Assembly (NCBI GenBank): GCA_965223845.1
Contig: CBDCXR010000004.1
Span: forward strand, 6,223,857 to 6,287,856
DNA length: 64,000 nucleotides
Direction: 5' to 3'
Origin: Planctomycetota bacterium
Lineage (GTDB): Bacteria > Planctomycetota > UBA8108 > SXIK01
How positions within the stretch are numbered: position 1 is the first letter of the stretch; each line of letters opens with the position of its first letter. The position numbers were made by a program, and so were the translations under genes. The notes below the pieces were generated by a model, which searched no databases, was not told the DNA's origin, and saw nothing but the letters and a program-made list of their open reading frames with translations. Below, piece by piece: positions 21,677 through 33,700 of the stretch.

Positions 21677-22694
21677 CGCTCTCGTCGGAGCCGAACCGAA
21701 TCAGCCAGAGGAAGCGCCAGCTTTTTCGTCTCCCTTCGCGCTCGTACTTGATGAGATTGAAGGGAAGGATGCCGAACTCGGTCGCATCGCGCGTTCGGTC
21801 CGCTTCGTAGTCGACAATGAGCGGAACGAACACCGTCCGGACGTAGCGTCCGGGATCGAACGCGCTCAGACGAACGATGCGCATCCTTCCCGCGCGCTCG
21901 ACGATGAGCTCGACGCGCTCGCCCGGCTCGATCGCCTCGAGGAGAACGAGGAAGTCCTCGCCCCCGTGGATGAGTTCTCCATTGATCTGAAGAACGACGT
22001 CGCCCCGTGCGAGTCCCACCGCACCGGCCGGACTGCCGTCGAGAAAGCGCCGGATGCGCACGCCCGGCGCGCGTTCGACGCGAACTTCGAGGGGCGCGCG
22101 CGCCGCCGTCGGGAAGCGCGGTGACTCGTCTTCCCTCGCGGTCGCAGATACGCGGCTCGTGCGCGTCTCGCTCGCGCCGCCGGTCGTCCGCGTCCGGGCG
22201 GCGGGGATCTCGCGACCGACCTCCTCGACGACGACGCCGATGCGCCGCCGATCGACAAAGGCGCGCACGGTCGGCGGCGGATACGGAACGAGGCGTTCGA
22301 CCGTGACGGCTTCGAGCTCGAGCAGCTCGCCGCCGCGTTCGGCCTCGAGGCGCAGCGGCGAACCGGGCGCGAGCGCCGAGACGATCGCCGTCGCGTGGCG
22401 CGGACTCCGCACCGCAGCGCCGTTGATTCGCCGGAGAACGTCGCCCGGCTTCAATCCGGCCGCCTCGGCCGGCGAGTTCTCGACGACGGACGCGATCTCG
22501 ACTCCCCCACTCAGCGCGTCGTCTTCGACCTCGAATGCATCCTCGTCGGCGAAGAAGGACGGGAGTTCGGAGTGGATCCCGAGATAGCTCTCCTGCGCGG
22601 CGACGCCGCCGCCGATCGCGCCGAGCAATCCGGGGATGAGGGCGAGGCGAACGACCCGCTGGGCGAGACGATCGACTCTTCTCGGTGAGATCAC
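21654..22694 (-). CDS. Membrane-anchored or secreted protein with two PDZ domains
   Basis: N-terminal hydrophobic segment LALIPGLLGAIGGGVAA. Two PDZ-like cores: GVEIASVVENSPAEAAGLKPGDVLRRINGAAV and VRIRRFLDGSPAGAVGLARGDVVLQINGELI. It overlaps the downstream gene by 23 nt. Confidence 0.65.
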   Translation of the reverse strand: MISPRRVDRLAQRVVRLALIPGLLGAIGGGVAAQESYLGIHSELPSFFADEDAFEVEDDALSGGVEIASVVENSPAEAAGLKPGDVLRRINGAAVRSPRHATAIVSALAPGSPLRLEAERGGELLELEAVTVERLVPYPPPTVRAFVDRRRIGVVVEEVGREIPAARTRTTGGASETRTSRVSATAREDESPRFPTAARAPLEVRVERAPGVRIRRFLDGSPAGAVGLARGDVVLQINGELIHGGEDFLVLLEAIEPGERVELIVERAGRMRIVRLSAFDPGRYVRTVFVPLIVDYEADRTRDATEFGILPFNLIKYEREGRRKSWRFLWLIRFGSDESDEMRDVE

Positions 22695-22701
22695 GAATCC
22701 A

Positions 22702-23532
22702 TCACTCCGTGACGTCGCGACGGACGAAGAGCGCGATTCCGATCGCGGCGCATCCGAGCGCGGTGATGCCGGGCACCGCCCACACGCAGAGGTGCTCGAC
22801 GGAGTCGTCGAGCCAGAGCACGTCGGTCCGCCCGTCGGCGAACGCGATCACGCCGGCGAGGTAGGACGTTCGATCGAACAGCGCGGGCAGGTAACTGTTC
22901 CATAGATAACGCGTCGCGCCGGAGCTGCCAGGCAAAACCGACTTCACGATTTCGAAGAAGAAGAAGACGCCGATCGCGACGCCCGCCGCACCGGCCGCCG
23001 TTCGCGCCGTGCACGAGATGAGAAAGCCGACGCTCGCGAGCGCAAAGATCGCCGGAACGATGTACGCGATGGCGACGAACGAATAGCGACGGAGCTCGTC
23101 GCCGGCCGCGAGGGGTTCGATCGCATCGCCGTAAACGTCTCCGAACGAGAAGTGGATCGCCGTCGAGCCCCAGGCGCACGCGGCGACGAGGACGACGAGA
23201 AGGAAGGCGGTGAGGAGGAGCGCGACCCAGCGCGAGAGCGCGACTTCGAGTCGCGAGACGGGTCCGGAGAGCACATTGCGGAGTGTGCGATCGTGCCGCT
23301 CGGCTGCGACGGCGACCGCGGCGTGGACGATGACGAGCAGCGAGCCGAGCAGGTACGCGTGTCCGAGCGCGCGCGCGAAGACGTAGTATCCCGTTTCGGG
23401 AGCGTCGCCGGCGAGCCACGCGACCTGAGGGAAGACGACGGCGAGCCCGCCGGAAAAGGCGAGAGTCGATAGCGAGCTCTTCCGCCGGCGCGCTTTCGAC
23501 GATTCGACGGCGAGGAGCCTGAGCAGGTTCAC
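22702..23532 (-). CDS. ABC-2 family transporter permease
   Basis: A ~276-aa polytopic membrane protein with six hydrophobic segments. It overlaps the upstream ABC ATPase gene by 4 nt, the typical operon arrangement. Confidence 0.65.
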   Translation of the reverse strand: MNLLRLLAVESSKARRRKSSLSTLAFSGGLAVVFPQVAWLAGDAPETGYYVFARALGHAYLLGSLLVIVHAAVAVAAERHDRTLRNVLSGPVSRLEVALSRWVALLLTAFLLVVLVAACAWGSTAIHFSFGDVYGDAIEPLAAGDELRRYSFVAIAYIVPAIFALASVGFLISCTARTAAGAAGVAIGVFFFFEIVKSVLPGSSGATRYLWNSYLPALFDRTSYLAGVIAFADGRTDVLWLDDSVEHLCVWAVPGITALGCAAIGIALFVRRDVTE

Positions 23533-24506
23533 GCGACGTCCTCGTGCTCGGGCCCCGCCCGTGCGATCGCCGCGGCAAAGACGTCTTCGAGGCTGCGCTC
23601 GAGCCGCCGGAGCGAGTGGATCTCGACGCCCGCGCCGACGAGGACGCGCGCGAGAAGCGGCGCGCGCTCGGGATCGATCACGATGTCGATCTCACCGCGC
23701 CGGGGCTCCGGATCGTCTGGCGTAGCATCGGCGCGACGACTTTCGTCTGCGACGCGGCATTCCGGCTCCGCGTTGAGCGCGCGTTCTGCGCGGGCGACGT
23801 CACCCACCTCGATCCGGTACCGAGGCTCGGCGGACCCGGTCAGCTCCGCGATTGCGCCGTCCTTGAGGAGTCGCCCGCGATGGATGATGGCAACGCGGGA
23901 GCAGACGCGTTCCACCTCGGCGAGGATGTGACTCGAGAAGAAGACCGTCGTTCCGTGCTCGCGATTCAGCTCGCGAACGATCGCGCGAAAGTCGCGGATG
24001 CCCTCGGGGTCGAGTCCGTTCGTCGGCTCGTCGAGAAGGACGAGTCGCGGCGAGTGGACCAGCGCGCAGGCGAGGCCCAGCCGCCGGAGCATCCCGGACG
24101 AGTACCCCGCGATTCTCCGGTCGGCGGCCGGCGCGAGCCCGACACGCTCGAGCCAACGGGAGGCCTCGCGATCGGCCGCGGAGCGGTCGAGTCCGAAGAG
24201 ACGCGCGTGAAGTCGAAGGTGCTCGCGTCCGCGCAGATAAGTCGGCGCTGCGAAGTCTTCGAAGAGAACGCCGATGTCGCGATAGACCGCGCGCGACCGC
24301 GGCGACTTCCCGAAGAGCGCGATCGACCCGCCTCGCGGTCGGAGGAAGCCGAGGAGCGCGCGCAGCGTCGTCGTCTTTCCGGCGCCGTTCAGGCCGAGAA
24401 AGCCGTGGATCGACCCCTCGGCGACGCGGAGCCGGAGCCGGTCGATGGCACGGAACTTTCCGTAGCCGAGAGAGAGCTCGCTCGTTTCGATCGCGTGGGT
24501 CGACAT
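23529..24506 (-). CDS. ABC transporter ATP-binding protein
   Basis: Walker A GLNGAGKTTTLRAL, the ABC signature LSSGMLRRLGLACAL, and Walker B LVLLDEPTNGLD. Confidence 0.9.
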   Translation of the reverse strand: MSTHAIETSELSLGYGKFRAIDRLRLRVAEGSIHGFLGLNGAGKTTTLRALLGFLRPRGGSIALFGKSPRSRAVYRDIGVLFEDFAAPTYLRGREHLRLHARLFGLDRSAADREASRWLERVGLAPAADRRIAGYSSGMLRRLGLACALVHSPRLVLLDEPTNGLDPEGIRDFRAIVRELNREHGTTVFFSSHILAEVERVCSRVAIIHRGRLLKDGAIAELTGSAEPRYRIEVGDVARAERALNAEPECRVADESRRADATPDDPEPRRGEIDIVIDPERAPLLARVLVGAGVEIHSLRRLERSLEDVFAAAIARAGPEHEDVA

Positions 24507-24668
24507 GCGAAAAGCCCGCAGCGACGATCGCGCCGCGCTGGTACGATGGGCCGAAGATCCCCTCCACCCCGCGCGCCCTTCCCGTCTTGCCCGATGTGCT
24601 CACTCGCGTTGAATCGGCGGGCAGGAGGTGCGACTCGAACCGGTTTTCAGACAGACTCCCAGCGAGAG

Positions 24669-25775
24669 ATGACTATGCGCCGACCCATTCTTCGAACGGC
24701 ATCGCTTCGGATGGAACCGCTTCGAACGGCATCGCTTCGAACGGAACCGAGACCGGAGCCGTCCCGAGCGAGGTCGAGGGCCGTGGTCATCGCGATCGCG
24801 GCGATCGCGATGTGGATGGCCGGTCCGTTCACTGAGGCCGCGAGCGCGTCGGACTCTAGCGTCATCCTCGCGCAGGCTCAACCGAAAAACGATCGGTCGC
24901 GACTTCCTCTGAAGGTCAATCGGCCTGAGGCCGAGACGCGGCGGAGATCGGACTCGTCCACGAATGAATCGTCCGGAGGCGCGACGACGTCCGCGAACGT
25001 CTCTGCGGGCGACAAGAGCGAAGAATCCGGCGAAGCATCGTCCACGAAGTCGAAGAGTTTCATCGCGAGCCTCCGCGGCTGGATCAAGGACTATGCGATG
25101 TGGATCGTCGTCGTGCTCGTCGGCGCGGCGGCGGGACTCATCCTCTGGCTCTTTCTCGGGCGCTCGGCGGGGAGCGGCGAGCTCGTCGGGCTCGGGGAAG
25201 AAAAAGAAGAGAAGGGACGGCGACGCTACTCGACGACGAAGATCCGCGCGGGCGAGGTCGCCGAACGGCTCGAAATGGAAGAAACGGAAGTCGACGCCGA
25301 TCGCGAGTACGCTCTCGTCGTCGACGAGGACGCGCTCAAGAAACCGCCGCTTCCCGAAGAGATCGACGCGAACACCGGACAAGTGTACGCGGATGCTTCG
25401 ACAATCGAGGAGCTCCTCGATCGCGAGAGCTTCGACGATGCCTACGAGGAATACGAGCGGCGCATCGAAGAGGACGGGGAAGCGGAGTTTCAGAGCGGCG
25501 TCGAGGAGTCGCTCGGAGAGCAGCTCCTCCGGCGAAAGAGCTACGAGAAGGCCGCGCGCGTTCTCGAGCACCACGTCGCAACGCACGCGGCGGAGGACGT
25601 CGCGCCCGAGGTCTACTTCAATCTCGGCTACGTCCATTTCTTTCGGAACCAGCACAACAAGTCGAAGCGCTTTCTCAAGCTCTACGTCGAGCGGGAGACC
25701 GACGGTCAGCGGGCGACGCGAGCGAAGAAGATCCTGACGGTCCTCGACACCGTGAGCGGACCCGAGACGAACTGA
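24669..25775 (+). CDS. Hypothetical membrane-anchored protein with an acidic coiled region and a TPR-like C-terminus. Its N-terminus contains a 30-bp tandem duplication
   Basis: Start MTMRRPILRTASLRMEPLRTASLRTEPRPE... with the RTASLR(M/T)EP unit duplicated. TM helix MWIVVVLVGAAAGLILWLFLG. C-terminal ...YFNLGYVHFFRNQHNKSKRFLKLYVE. The first two thirds of the track's ORF 23544..25775 are antisense to the ABC genes and were discarded. Confidence 0.5.
   Translation: MTMRRPILRTASLRMEPLRTASLRTEPRPEPSRARSRAVVIAIAAIAMWMAGPFTEAASASDSSVILAQAQPKNDRSRLPLKVNRPEAETRRRSDSSTNESSGGATTSANVSAGDKSEESGEASSTKSKSFIASLRGWIKDYAMWIVVVLVGAAAGLILWLFLGRSAGSGELVGLGEEKEEKGRRRYSTTKIRAGEVAERLEMEETEVDADREYALVVDEDALKKPPLPEEIDANTGQVYADASTIEELLDRESFDDAYEEYERRIEEDGEAEFQSGVEESLGEQLLRRKSYEKAARVLEHHVATHAAEDVAPEVYFNLGYVHFFRNQHNKSKRFLKLYVERETDGQRATRAKKILTVLDTVSGPETN
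24691..24750 (+). repeat. 30-bp tandem direct repeat, 2 copies with 4 mismatches, inside the coding sequence
   Basis: ttcgaacggcatcgcttcggatggaaccgc followed by ttcgaacggcatcgcttcgaacggaaccga. Confidence 0.8.
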
Positions 25776-25809
25776 CGCCGCCCGGGGGGCGCTCGGATAC
25801 AATTCGGGC

Positions 25810-26760
25810 ATGCCCCGCGTCGTCGCGACGATCCGCAGTCACGTTCGAGATGCGAAGGCGCTCCTCGCCGACGCAGAGACGGCGCTCGACATCGGCTTCG
25901 ACGGCCTCGTGCTCGCGCCGCCGATCTTCGCGCGCGATCGGGAGAGCCTGAGTGGGATGCTCCCGCGGCGTTCCGTACTCGCCGTGGAGCTCCTTGCGTT
26001 CGCACCGCGCGGAGTCGCGCGCGCCGGCGGGGACGCGACTTCGCTCGGCGCGCTCGATCGGGCGGAGCGCCGCGAGGTGATCGAGCGCGGCGCGCGCGCA
26101 ATCGAGATCGCGGACTCGTACGAAGCGCGGCTCGTCCTAGTCCCGACCTCCGAGTTGGACCTCACCCTTCCGCCCAGAGGCACGTCGCGGGAGGACCAGA
26201 GGGCTTGGCTTCGACGGGCTCGGGACGCGCGCCGCGTCGAAGCCGCCGCGCGTCTCGACGGATACCTTTCGGTGATCGACGGGCTCCTCCGCGCGGCGGA
26301 TCGGTATAAGGTCCGCCTTTGTCTTCAGCCGACGACTGCGATCCGCGCATTACCCGCGCCGGACGAAACGGCGCGGTGCCTCGAGGAGTTTCGTGGGGCG
26401 CCGCTCGGCGTTTGGCCCGACACGGCGGCGGAGTTTGCGACCGCGGACCTAGCGAAGACACTCGGGCTCGAGCCGGGCGCGGGCGTCGAGTCGCAGTGCG
26501 AGCGATTCCGCTCGGAGCTCGCGGGCGTCACGCTGCGCGAGCTGGGCGAGTCGGGCGAACCGCGTCTCCCCGGCTCGGGGCGCATCGACCGCGACTGGCT
26601 CGCGGCCCTTCCTGCCGAGTGCGTCTGGCTCGTCGATCGCCGAGACGAGTCCGCCGACGAGCTCGCATCCGCGCACGCGTTTCTCCGCGGCGCGCTCGAG
26701 GGCGAGGCACCGGATCCGTTCAGCGCCAAGCTCTCACCCGGTTCCGATCCACCCTCGTGA
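25810..26760 (+). CDS. Putative sugar phosphate isomerase/epimerase (xylose-isomerase-like TIM barrel family)
   Basis: DIGFDGLVL and ...[11 protein letters not shown]... resemble the conserved lGfdgvEl and lvvhpg motifs of the AP-endonuclease-2 / xylose isomerase-like TIM barrel. This is a weak family-level call. Confidence 0.45.
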   Translation: MPRVVATIRSHVRDAKALLADAETALDIGFDGLVLAPPIFARDRESLSGMLPRRSVLAVELLAFAPRGVARAGGDATSLGALDRAERREVIERGARAIEIADSYEARLVLVPTSELDLTLPPRGTSREDQRAWLRRARDARRVEAAARLDGYLSVIDGLLRAADRYKVRLCLQPTTAIRALPAPDETARCLEEFRGAPLGVWPDTAAEFATADLAKTLGLEPGAGVESQCERFRSELAGVTLRELGESGEPRLPGSGRIDRDWLAALPAECVWLVDRRDESADELASAHAFLRGALEGEAPDPFSAKLSPGSDPPS

Positions 26761-27052
26761 GGACGAGAACCGCGCGCTCGATGCGCCGCCGCCCCGGACT
26801 TCGCCGTGCCCAGAGCGCATTCCGGGGTCGATTCGGCGCCACTTACGGCGCGATCCACTCCCTACGTCGGCTCACCGCTTCCGCCGACAATCCGAGCGAG
26901 ACACTCGGCCGATCACGCCGAGAGCTTTTCTGCGCGGCGCGTCCTCGCGTATAGTGCGGAGCTCGGCGCGCTGCGCGTCTACCGCGATCCTCGCCGCGCC
27001 GCTGACTCGACCGCGAACGAAAGCTGAGCCGATCCCCGCGAGGGCCCGTTCC

Positions 27053-28999
27053 ATGACTGAACCGAGAGATGATCTGCGCTTTTCTCCGCCCGCCCAGTTC
27101 AGCGCGAAGGCGCACATCGGAAACATCGACGATTACCGCGAGCGCTACGGCCGCTCCGTCTCCGATCCCGAGGGATTCTGGGCCGAGGAGGCGAAGCGGC
27201 TCGACTGGATCGAGCCTTGGGATCAGGTTCTCGAGTGGAACTTCGAGGAGCCTCGCGTCGCGTGGTTTAAGGGCGGGAAGCTGAACGCGAGCGTCAATTG
27301 CCTCGACCGTCACGTCGAGGCGGGACGGGGGGATCGCCCCGCGATCATATGGGAGGGAAACGAGCCGACCGATTCGCTCTCCCTCTCCTACCGGGAGCTC
27401 CTCGCGGCGGTGTGTCGAGCCGGGAACGCGCTTCGCTCACTCGGCGTTGAGAAGGGCGACCGGGTCTGTATTTACATGCCGATGGTCCCCGAGCTCGCCG
27501 TCGCCGTGCTCGCATGTGCACGCATCGGGGCGGTGCACAGCGTGGTTTTCGGTGGGTTCAGCGCCGACTCGCTTCGTGACCGAATCCTCGACAGCTCCTG
27601 CAAGATCCTCATCACGGCCGACGAAGCGCTCCGCGGTCCGAAGTCGATCCCCCTCAAGGGAATCTCCGACCAAGCGCTCGAAGGCGCGCCGTGCATCGAA
27701 AAATGCATCGTCGTTCGCCGAACCGGTGGCGACATCGTGATGAAGGACGGACGCGACGTGTGGTGGCACGACGTCGTCGACAGCGCATCGCCAGAGTGCG
27801 AGCCGTCCGTTCAGGACGCCGAGGATCCGCTCTTCATCCTCTACACTTCCGGAAGCACCGGAAAGCCGAAGGGTGTTCTCCACACGACCGGCGGCTATCT
27901 CCTCTACGCGTCGCTCACGCACGAGCTCGTCTTCGATCACCGCGAGGACGACATCTATTGGTGTTCGGCGGACGTCGGCTGGATCACCGGCCACAGCTAC
28001 ATCATCTACGGTCCGCTCGCGAACGGTGCGACCACGCTCATGTTCGAGGGCGTGCCGAATTACCCCGACTTCGATCGCTTCTGGCAGGTCGTCGAAAAGC
28101 ACGAGGTCACGCTCTTCTACACCGCGCCGACGGCGATCCGGGCGCTCATGCGCGAAGGGACGGGACACACCGAGAAGCACGACATGCCGACCTTGCGTCT
28201 TCTCGGCACGGTCGGCGAGCCGATCAACCCGGAGGCGTGGCTCTGGTACCACCGAAACGTCGGCAAGGAACGCTGTCCGATCGTCGACACATGGTGGCAG
28301 ACGGAGACGGGCGGAATCCTCATCAGCCCGCTCCCCGGGGCGTTCGATCTGAAGCCGGGCTCGGCGACGCTTCCCTTCTTCGGGGTGCGTCCGGTGCTCG
28401 TCGATGGCGACGGGAACGCGCTCCCGGACGGCGCGGCGTCGGGAAACCTCTGCATCGAGTTTCCTTGGCCGGGGATGATGCGGACGGTCTACGGCGATCA
28501 CGAGCGCTTTCGAAAGACGTACTTCGTTCAGTATCCCGGGAAGTACTTCACGGGCGACGGCTGCCGCCGGGACGAGGACGGCTACTACTGGATCACCGGT
28601 CGCGTCGACGACGTGATCAATGTCTCGGGTCACCGCATCGGCACCGCGGAAGTCGAGAGCGCGCTCGTCGCACACGATACCGTGGCGGAGGCGGCGGTCG
28701 TCGGCATGCCTCACGAGATCAAGGGGCAGGGGATTTATGCGTACGTCACTCTGAGTGCTGAGAACGAACCATCGGAGGACCTCGCCAAGGACCTCGTCCG
28801 CCACGTTCGCACGGTCATCGGTCCGATCGCGACGCCCGACAAGCTTCAGTTCGCCGGCGGGCTCCCGAAGACGCGGAGCGGGAAGATCATGCGGCGCATC
28901 CTGCGAAAGATCGCGGCGGGAGAAACCTCGGAACTCGGCGACACCTCGACGCTCGCGGATCCGACGGTCGTCGATGCGCTCGTCGCGGGACGTCAGTAA
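27053..28999 (+). CDS. acs: Acetyl-coenzyme A synthetase (AMP-forming)
   Basis: Start [56 protein letters not shown]. Acs-specific regions: [85 protein letters not shown]. Confidence 0.95.
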   Translation: MTEPRDDLRFSPPAQFSAKAHIGNIDDYRERYGRSVSDPEGFWAEEAKRLDWIEPWDQVLEWNFEEPRVAWFKGGKLNASVNCLDRHVEAGRGDRPAIIWEGNEPTDSLSLSYRELLAAVCRAGNALRSLGVEKGDRVCIYMPMVPELAVAVLACARIGAVHSVVFGGFSADSLRDRILDSSCKILITADEALRGPKSIPLKGISDQALEGAPCIEKCIVVRRTGGDIVMKDGRDVWWHDVVDSASPECEPSVQDAEDPLFILYTSGSTGKPKGVLHTTGGYLLYASLTHELVFDHREDDIYWCSADVGWITGHSYIIYGPLANGATTLMFEGVPNYPDFDRFWQVVEKHEVTLFYTAPTAIRALMREGTGHTEKHDMPTLRLLGTVGEPINPEAWLWYHRNVGKERCPIVDTWWQTETGGILISPLPGAFDLKPGSATLPFFGVRPVLVDGDGNALPDGAASGNLCIEFPWPGMMRTVYGDHERFRKTYFVQYPGKYFTGDGCRRDEDGYYWITGRVDDVINVSGHRIGTAEVESALVAHDTVAEAAVVGMPHEIKGQGIYAYVTLSAENEPSEDLAKDLVRHVRTVIGPIATPDKLQFAGGLPKTRSGKIMRRILRKIAAGETSELGDTSTLADPTVVDALVAGRQ

Positions 29000-29110
29000 A
29001 GCCCACCATCTCTCCGGCCGAACGGACTCTGTTCTCGTCGTGCCGCGCCGCATCGGTTCCAATGGGAGTCTGTGTCCCGGGATCGATCGCACTCGAGAGA
29101 GGTACGCCGA

Positions 29111-30310
29111 ATGAATCCGTCCCTTCGTTTGCTGTCTCCGGTCGGTGCTGTGGGGTTGGCGGTCGCTGCGCTCTCGCTGTCGACGCCTGCGTTCGGGGTC
29201 GACCTCTTCTGGTCGGGGAGAGTGGACGACGGCGATCGCGAGGGCGTGTTCGTGCGAGATCTTTCCGGGGGCGGCGAGGATCGCGTCCTCGCCCACGTGG
29301 AAGGCCAAGTGGGCGCGATCGCGATCGACGAGCCGAAACGAACGCTCTACTGGACGACGCGAGATGGCGCGAGCCGCGAGAGCGAAATCTGGCGGGCGGA
29401 CCTCGACGGCGATGGCGCGGAGCGATTCTGGACGTCGCCCGACGCCATCCCCGCGCTCGCGCTCGACTCCGTCCACGGTTTCTTGTACGCCGGCACGTCG
29501 GACGGCCTTCGGCGGTTCGATCTCGACACCGGCGAGATCGAACCGCTGAGCCGCGAGATTTGGACGGGCCAGGTCGCGGTCGATCCGGAGCGCGGAGCGC
29601 TCTTCTGGATCGCGCCCGCGCCGGTCGAGCCCGGTCGCTACGGACCGCCGTCGGTCTGGCGATCGAATCTCTTCGGCGAGGACCCCGAGCTCGTCGTTCG
29701 CCCGCAGTCGCTCACGGGCGACCTCGGTCTCGCGCTCGACACTCGAGCGGGAAAGGTGTACTGGGCAGCCGTCGACTACGCCGAGTGTTCCTTGGTGGAA
29801 CGCATCAGCCGCGCGAATTACGACGGCCGCGACGCGGAGGTCGTCTTCTGCGGCGGGCCGACGCTCGATGACTTTCCGAGCGAGATCGCAGTCGATCCGA
29901 ACTCGAGCCGCGTCTTCTGGCAGAACTCCGAGATCACGCCGGTCTTCGCGGTCGATTTCGCCGGTGCGAGAAACGTCGAGGTATTCCGCGTCGGCTCGCT
30001 ACGCTCGATGGTCGTCGGTCCTCCGGAGCCGGGTCTCGAGTTCCTCCGCGGAGACGCGAACGGAGACGGCGCGGTGCAGCTCGCCGACGCGCTGCGAATC
30101 CTCGGGTGGCTCTTTCAAGGGAGCGCGATCCCGCCCTGCCTCGCCGCCGCCGACTCGAACGCCGACGCGTCGATCAACCTGAGCGACGCCACGTTCGTTC
30201 TCTATCACCTTTTTCTCGGACGCGAAGCTCTGCCGCCGCCGTTTCCCGCGTGCGGCGGGTCGACGCGCGGTGGCGACGTCGAGCTCGGCTGCGCGGCGCC
30301 CGGCTGCTGA
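29111..30310 (+). CDS. Secreted YWTD-type (LDL-receptor class B-like) beta-propeller protein with a C-terminal double dockerin-like Cys-rich module
   Basis: Start MNPSLRLLSPVGAVGLAVAALSLSTPAFG (signal peptide). Repeated blades contain LYWTTRDG, LFWIAPAP, KVYWAAVDY, RVFWQNSE. The C-terminus reads RGDANGDGAVQLADALRILGWLFQGSAIPPCLAAADSNADASINLSDATFVLYHLFLG...PACGGSTRGGDVELGCAAPGC. Confidence 0.7.
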   Translation: MNPSLRLLSPVGAVGLAVAALSLSTPAFGVDLFWSGRVDDGDREGVFVRDLSGGGEDRVLAHVEGQVGAIAIDEPKRTLYWTTRDGASRESEIWRADLDGDGAERFWTSPDAIPALALDSVHGFLYAGTSDGLRRFDLDTGEIEPLSREIWTGQVAVDPERGALFWIAPAPVEPGRYGPPSVWRSNLFGEDPELVVRPQSLTGDLGLALDTRAGKVYWAAVDYAECSLVERISRANYDGRDAEVVFCGGPTLDDFPSEIAVDPNSSRVFWQNSEITPVFAVDFAGARNVEVFRVGSLRSMVVGPPEPGLEFLRGDANGDGAVQLADALRILGWLFQGSAIPPCLAAADSNADASINLSDATFVLYHLFLGREALPPPFPACGGSTRGGDVELGCAAPGC

Positions 30311-30734
30311 GGACGAGTTTTCCCTGGCGGCTTTGCGCCGACCTCTGGTACCTTCCGCGGCGCCAGAGAGGAGCGGGCGGCCGCGAGATTTCGTTGCCGT
30401 CCGATGCGAAGTTCCACCTTGAGCGACGAGGCGTCGGCTCTCGGTCGGACCGAGCAGCTGGCGCCTCGGAAGGAAAGTGGCGACGGCCGCGATCGGGTGC
30501 GATAGATGTCCGTACCACTCGGGTACGGCGTCGACCGCGGCCGCGGTCGAGCAGCGGTCCGAGGCGGAAAAGAAGATCCGGCGCCGACGGTGTCTCCGAC
30601 CTCGGTCGGGTGGCTGCCGGCGGCGCCTCGGTACGGCTCACGGCCTGGCGCCGTCGCCGCTCGCCGGTCGATCCGTCTGCGCTGTAGGCGCGACCGGAGA
30701 GTGAGTCGCCGCGAGGCCTTCGTGAGGAGGCTCC

Positions 30735-33700
30735 ATGCGAGCGATTACGTTCTTTCTCGTCGTCTTCGTCTCGACGCTCAGCATTTTTCTCCTGACGACG
30801 GGCGAGGTGCAGCGCTGGTTCAACCCGTCGCCCGCGAAGACGCTGAAGAGTTTCGACGCGCCGGAGACGCCGCCCGACGAGAAGAATCTTCTCTACTTCC
30901 CGTTCTACAACACCGACCGCGGGGTCCTCGGTTTCACGATCGCGGCGGAGCTCAGCCAGACGAATATCGGCGCCGGCGAGAAGATCGACCAGATCCGTCA
31001 GCTCACCCTGCGGAACGGGACGCTCGAGATTCCGGTGGAAGGCGGTCTCGAGCTCGCCGGCGGCGAGGGCTCGGCGCCCGCGACGGGCGGGCACATCGCG
31101 CTTCGGTTCGAGACGGCGGAGTGGGAGCAGGAGCAGAAGGCTGACGCCGGCGCCAAGCGCTCGAAAGAACCTGCGAGCGTCGTCCTTCACAACGGCCAGG
31201 GGCAGACCGCCGACGGCTATTCATTCGATTTCAAGAAGCTACTCTTTCACTACAGCGGCAGCGGAGTCGCCGAAAACGAGGTCTACGAAGTACGCTCTAC
31301 AGAATCTGTAGCAATTCGTAGCGACGCTTTTGAGCTGCGCAGTCAAAATGGACTACGCGGACGACTGAGCAGCGATGGGAACGGACTCGATTCCCTCACC
31401 TTCGCACCGCCCGTCGTCGCCGCGCTCGATCCGGAGCGCGCGCCCTTCTTCGGTGCGAACATCGAGGCCGCCGCGCCGGACGGAGTTGCGGATCGGGCGA
31501 GCGGCCGCCGACTGTGGATCGTGAGCGACGGACCGCTCGAGTTTCGGATGGAGGAGGGGAAGACGCGGCGAACGCGGATTCGCTTCACGAAGAGCGTCGC
31601 TCTGTATCCCCTCGCGGCCGGGGCGACGCTCGAGCCGAGCCGGCGCCCGGCCGGCGGGACGCGATTCGAGTGCGGCGACCTCGAGCTTGTCTTTCGCCAA
31701 GACGGTCGGCGGATGGTGCCAGAGTCGGCGCTCGCCGTGCGCGAGAACGGCCGCGTCCGCTCGGTCTTCGCGCACGAAAGTGGCGAGGAGTACGTAGTCG
31801 AGGCCGATCAACTCGAGTGGCGCGGGGACAACCCTGAGAAAGAGACTGCCGCGGGCGACGGGTCGAAGCGTGCGATCGCGGGGGAAGCGATCCTCTCCGG
31901 TCGACCGACGCTGCGGGGCGGCGGGAGCGATTTCGTCGCCAAGGACGCACGGCTGCGCCTGAGCGAGGGCCGACTCACGCTGCGCGACGTGGAAGGCACG
32001 ATGGCGCTCCCGAAGCGGCGGGGGAAGGAGGCCGAGTCGCCGCGAATCGCTCCGCTCGACGGCTCTCGGGCGACCGAAGAGACCCTCGCGCGGGCGCGGC
32101 TCCCAGATGAGTGGACCATGCGCGCCGAAGAGGCGACGTTCCGGTTCGCCGAGGGAGAGGACGGCGAGCGAGAGTTCTCGGAGTTCGTTGCGGTGTCGCC
32201 GCAGTCCGGGCTCGTCGAGGTGCTGAGCGCGGCGAGCGACGACCGTTCGATCTCTCTCAAGTCGGAGAAGATCCGCTACGACCGAGACGCGCGTGAGCTT
32301 CGGTTCGAGGGCGTTCGGCAGCCGGTCCTTTCGGACGGGAGGAATACGATCGAAGCGGATCGCATCCGGCTCCTCCTCGAGAAGGATCGAGAGTTGGCTC
32401 TGTTCGAGGGGGCCGTGCGCGCGCAAATCGCCGACGTGAGCGAGCTGCCGGCGGGGGTGGATGCGAGTGCCGGGGCGCTCAAGGGTCGTCTCGGCGGGGG
32501 GCGCGGCTTCGAGTTGACTTCGAACGAGCTTCAGGTCGGGTTCGATCCGGAGCTGAACGGGGTCGGCTACTTGCGGGCGAACGGTACGGCGCGCGTTCCG
32601 GCGCGCGTGATCGAGCTTCCCGAAGAGGGTGAGAAGGTTCCGGGGCTCGTGCTCGAGGGGGCTCAGCTCGAGCTCGACCAGCTCAAGCAGCGCGCGTCGG
32701 TGTGGGGCACGGTGAGTGAAGACGCGGGCGGCGCGTCTCGCCCGCGGCTCGCGGTTCTTCGCCGGGGGCGAGAGACGCTGCGCGCCGAGCAGATCACGTT
32801 CGCGGGCGAGACGGGGATCGTCAAGCTCGACCGGACCGTGAGTCTCCAGAGCGAACAGGATCGGGGCGAGCTGACGATCGAGATGGCGACGGCGGTCGTC
32901 GTGCTGCGGAAGAAGAACGGTTCCACCACCGAGCCCCCGAGCGACGGTCAGGCCGCGAAATCCGGACCGCCGGACGGGGGGATCCTGTTCGAGGCGCTGC
33001 GAGACGTCGACACCATGACGGCCGAGGGAGACGTCGATCGCCCGATCGTGATCACCGCGAAATCAGACGGCGGTCGCTCGATCGTCGCGCGCTCGCAGCG
33101 CGCCGAGTGGAGCGGGGACAAGCTCGAGCTGCGGCTCTTCGGTGACGAGCGCCAGCAGATCGATCTCGCCGACGATCGCTTCGCCGGGCCGATTCACGCG
33201 CGGGAGATCGTCTACGAGGAGACGACGCGGCGGGTCGTGCTGCGGGGCGACGTCAAGGGCGAGCTGCGGCAGCGCCACGAGGCGAAGGAGAATCTCGAGC
33301 ACGTCTGGACCTTTGCGACGACGCGGTTCGATCTCCACCTCGAGCGGGGGGAGAAGGGGCCGGAGCTCAAGTCCGCCCACGCTCGGGGCGACGTCCACCT
33401 CACCGACCGTCGGTTCGGGCTCCAGCTCCTCGGCGACGCGCTCGACTTCGACGAGGCCACGCGCCGGGTGCGGATTTTTTCTCCGAACGGGCGGCCGCAG
33501 ACGTTTTATCGGCTGGCCCCCACCGCCGAAGGCTCGGAGGCGACGCGCGAGACTCCGGACAAGATCACGGCCCAGGAGATCGTTCTCCAGCCGCACGAAG
33601 ATCCCGACGCGCGCTTCGGCCAGCCGAGCCACTGGCTGCTCGTCCGCTTCCGCAACGACGTGAAGGCCGTGTTCCACCCGCCGCCTTCCGTCGCCCGCCG

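Noticed and set aside
23544-24668. N-terminal two thirds of the 743-aa ORF 23544..25775
   Set aside because: It is antisense to the well-supported ABC ATPase and permease genes and is Arg/Glu-rich. The real plus-strand gene begins at ATG 24669.
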